DNA from: Paraspadella gotoi
Taxonomy: Eukaryota; Animalia; Chaetognatha
Length of the DNA: 9,359 nt
Direction of reading: 5' to 3'
Assembly (NCBI GenBank): GCA_051294375.1
Contig: JBJCIZ010000100.1
Coordinates: forward strand, 1 to 9,359
This document shows positions 8,138 through 9,359 of the stretch, piece by piece; positions within the stretch are counted from its first letter, which is position 1, and each line of letters begins with the position of its first letter. Under the pieces are notes generated by a model. It was not told the origin of the DNA and ran no database searches. It saw only the letters and a list, made by a program, of their open reading frames with translations. The translations under genes and the position numbers were made by a program.

Positions 8138-8247
8138 TGAAATAGGACGAGCTTGTTTAAGTTTCAGGTACACTTTTTTATCTCAGAATAAAATCTCGAT
8201 TTGATTTTGCGCCTACGAAATTCCCATAGAGTTTTTCACTTAAAATG

Positions 8248-8295
8248 TGGTGGGCAGCTGTGAGATTCGAAACCACGCCTCCCAAGAGAATGGTG
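8248..8295 (-). pseudogene. 3'-half tRNA-Leu relic including CCA
   Basis: Minus strand CACCATTCTCTTGGGAGGCGTGGTTTCGAATCTCACAGCTGCCCACCA versus the metazoan tRNA-Leu(AAG/TAG) 3' half as I recall it, CACCAGTCTCTTCGGAGGCGTGGGTTCGAATCCCACCGCTGCCA-CCA: about 5 substitutions and 1 insertion. Has a long variable arm and TTCGAAT T-loop; the 5' half is absent. Confidence 0.72.
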
Positions 8296-8820
8296 AAGAT
8301 CGTGAAGATTGTTGTGAATTACTTTTTACTTTCTATGCTCACTGTTTATTCAGATTCAACCAATCATGATTATTTCTTCGTCCAATTGATTTTGTCTTTC
8401 TTTCTTCCTCTCACTTATTCTTTTTTTCTTCTCTCAGTCTTTTCCTCCGATTCCTCGCTTTTTCATTCTCGTTCCTTCAATTATCTCCTTTTCTTTTCTG
8501 AGTCATTAAACGCTACAATTAAATCTTCTTAACTTATGCTTCAAGTTGTCTGCCATTTTATCTCGATAAACTCTTTACCCATCTGTTTTTTCTGAAAACC
8601 CGAGGGTAATAAATTTAAAAAGGTAAAATTATACAATTATGTTAGAGAATAACAATACGTCTTTTTCCCTGGGTGGGTTCATTTCGATAAATTTGGTCCG
8701 ATCGACGTGGAATTACGTCTAGTTTTACTTTTGATATAAAATTTCATTAAAATCGGTCCATGCGTTAAAAGTTATGGGCAAAAAAACGACGAAAAAATAG
8801 CGCCTTCCGGAGGGATCAAC

Positions 8821-8937
8821 TTTCGGCCGCTGCAACGAGCGAAAAAGTGGTTAACATAAGGTTTGAACTACGTAGTACTAATCATTAGTCCGACCAGAAA
8901 TCTAGGGTAAAGCTGAAATCGCTCGTTGCGGGCCAAA
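8821..8937. other. 117-nt hairpin closed by ~18 bp, with one end identical to PBS bases 4-13
   Basis: GCAACGAGCGA 8832-8842 / TCGCTCGTTGC 8919-8929 is a perfect 11 bp; outer TTCGGCC 8822-8828 / GGCCAAA 8931-8937; TTTCGGCCGC occurs at both 4-13 and 8821-8830. Confidence 0.7.
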
Positions 8938-9359
8938 TAAGAAATAAATTTGGAAAAATTACGGAGCTGACTTACGGAAAGAAAATATTGAATATAGGAA
9001 ACTAATTTATAAGAGAACAAGGTGATATTAAAGTTTATCAGTAATCATAAGTGATTGGATGATAAATTAATACGCAATAGGCGGTTGATTTTAACTTAGC
9101 AATTAAAAGTAATAAATTTATTTAATAACAGAACGCGACAAGGAGACTGACATTTAACGCAATGGTCAGGTTACTGACCTTTAACAGACCTTAACCTTTG
9201 TGGCGAAATAAAAGAGAGACTTTTTTAGGTAAAAAGGTTTATTATTAGAGAGAAGAAACAGACACGACAAGACACTTTTTAGAGTATGGAAAAAATGAGT
9301 ACATACAATAAGGTAGTTTCACCGTGAGCGAATTCTAAGGCCAATCTAAGGACACGGAA

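Larger units (their letters stand above)
7696..8478 (+). other. Second long imperfect hairpin domain, apex ~8045-8079
   Basis: Pairs 7696-7704/8470-8478, 7721-7730/8440-8449 (10 bp perfect), 7736-7746/8425-8435 (11 bp perfect), 7997-8003/8212-8218, 8010-8016/8197-8203, 8045-8055/8069-8079 (11 bp perfect). Confidence 0.6.

Noticed and set aside
8248-8295. Functional tRNA-Leu gene
   Set aside because: The 5' half (D arm, A-box, anticodon) is missing and the T-stem is mismatched.
6169-8532. ORFs 6169-6420, 6829-7014, 6927-7250 and 8245-8532
   Set aside because: Short, low-complexity or spanning the tRNA relic; no protein family signal.

Overview
Eukaryotic DNA. Bases 1-4768 are the intact internal region of a Ty3/Gypsy (Metaviridae) LTR retrotransposon of the CsRn1/Kabuki type. 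It has a TGG primer-binding-like site at base 1, gag with a CHCC knuckle (197-1327), a -1 frameshift cassette (GGGAAAA plus a candidate pseudoknot), pol PR-RT-RH-IN-GPY (1300/1324-4566) with a PRGRP AT-hook-like tail, and a G8 polypurine tract (4754-4768). There is no env, no chromodomain and no LTR pair inside the window. The remaining ~4.6 kb has no credible ORF but appears ordered. By eye it folds on the + strand into two very long nested imperfect hairpins (~5350-7140, axis ~6160; ~7700-8480, axis ~8060-8100) plus smaller hairpins. It also carries a 14-nt minisatellite, G-tracts, CCAAT boxes, an antisense 3'-half tRNA-Leu relic with CCA, and a 117-nt hairpin whose end matches the element's atypical PBS. 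All structures were found by manual pairing, not computed, and whether this region belongs to the element cannot be proven from this window alone.
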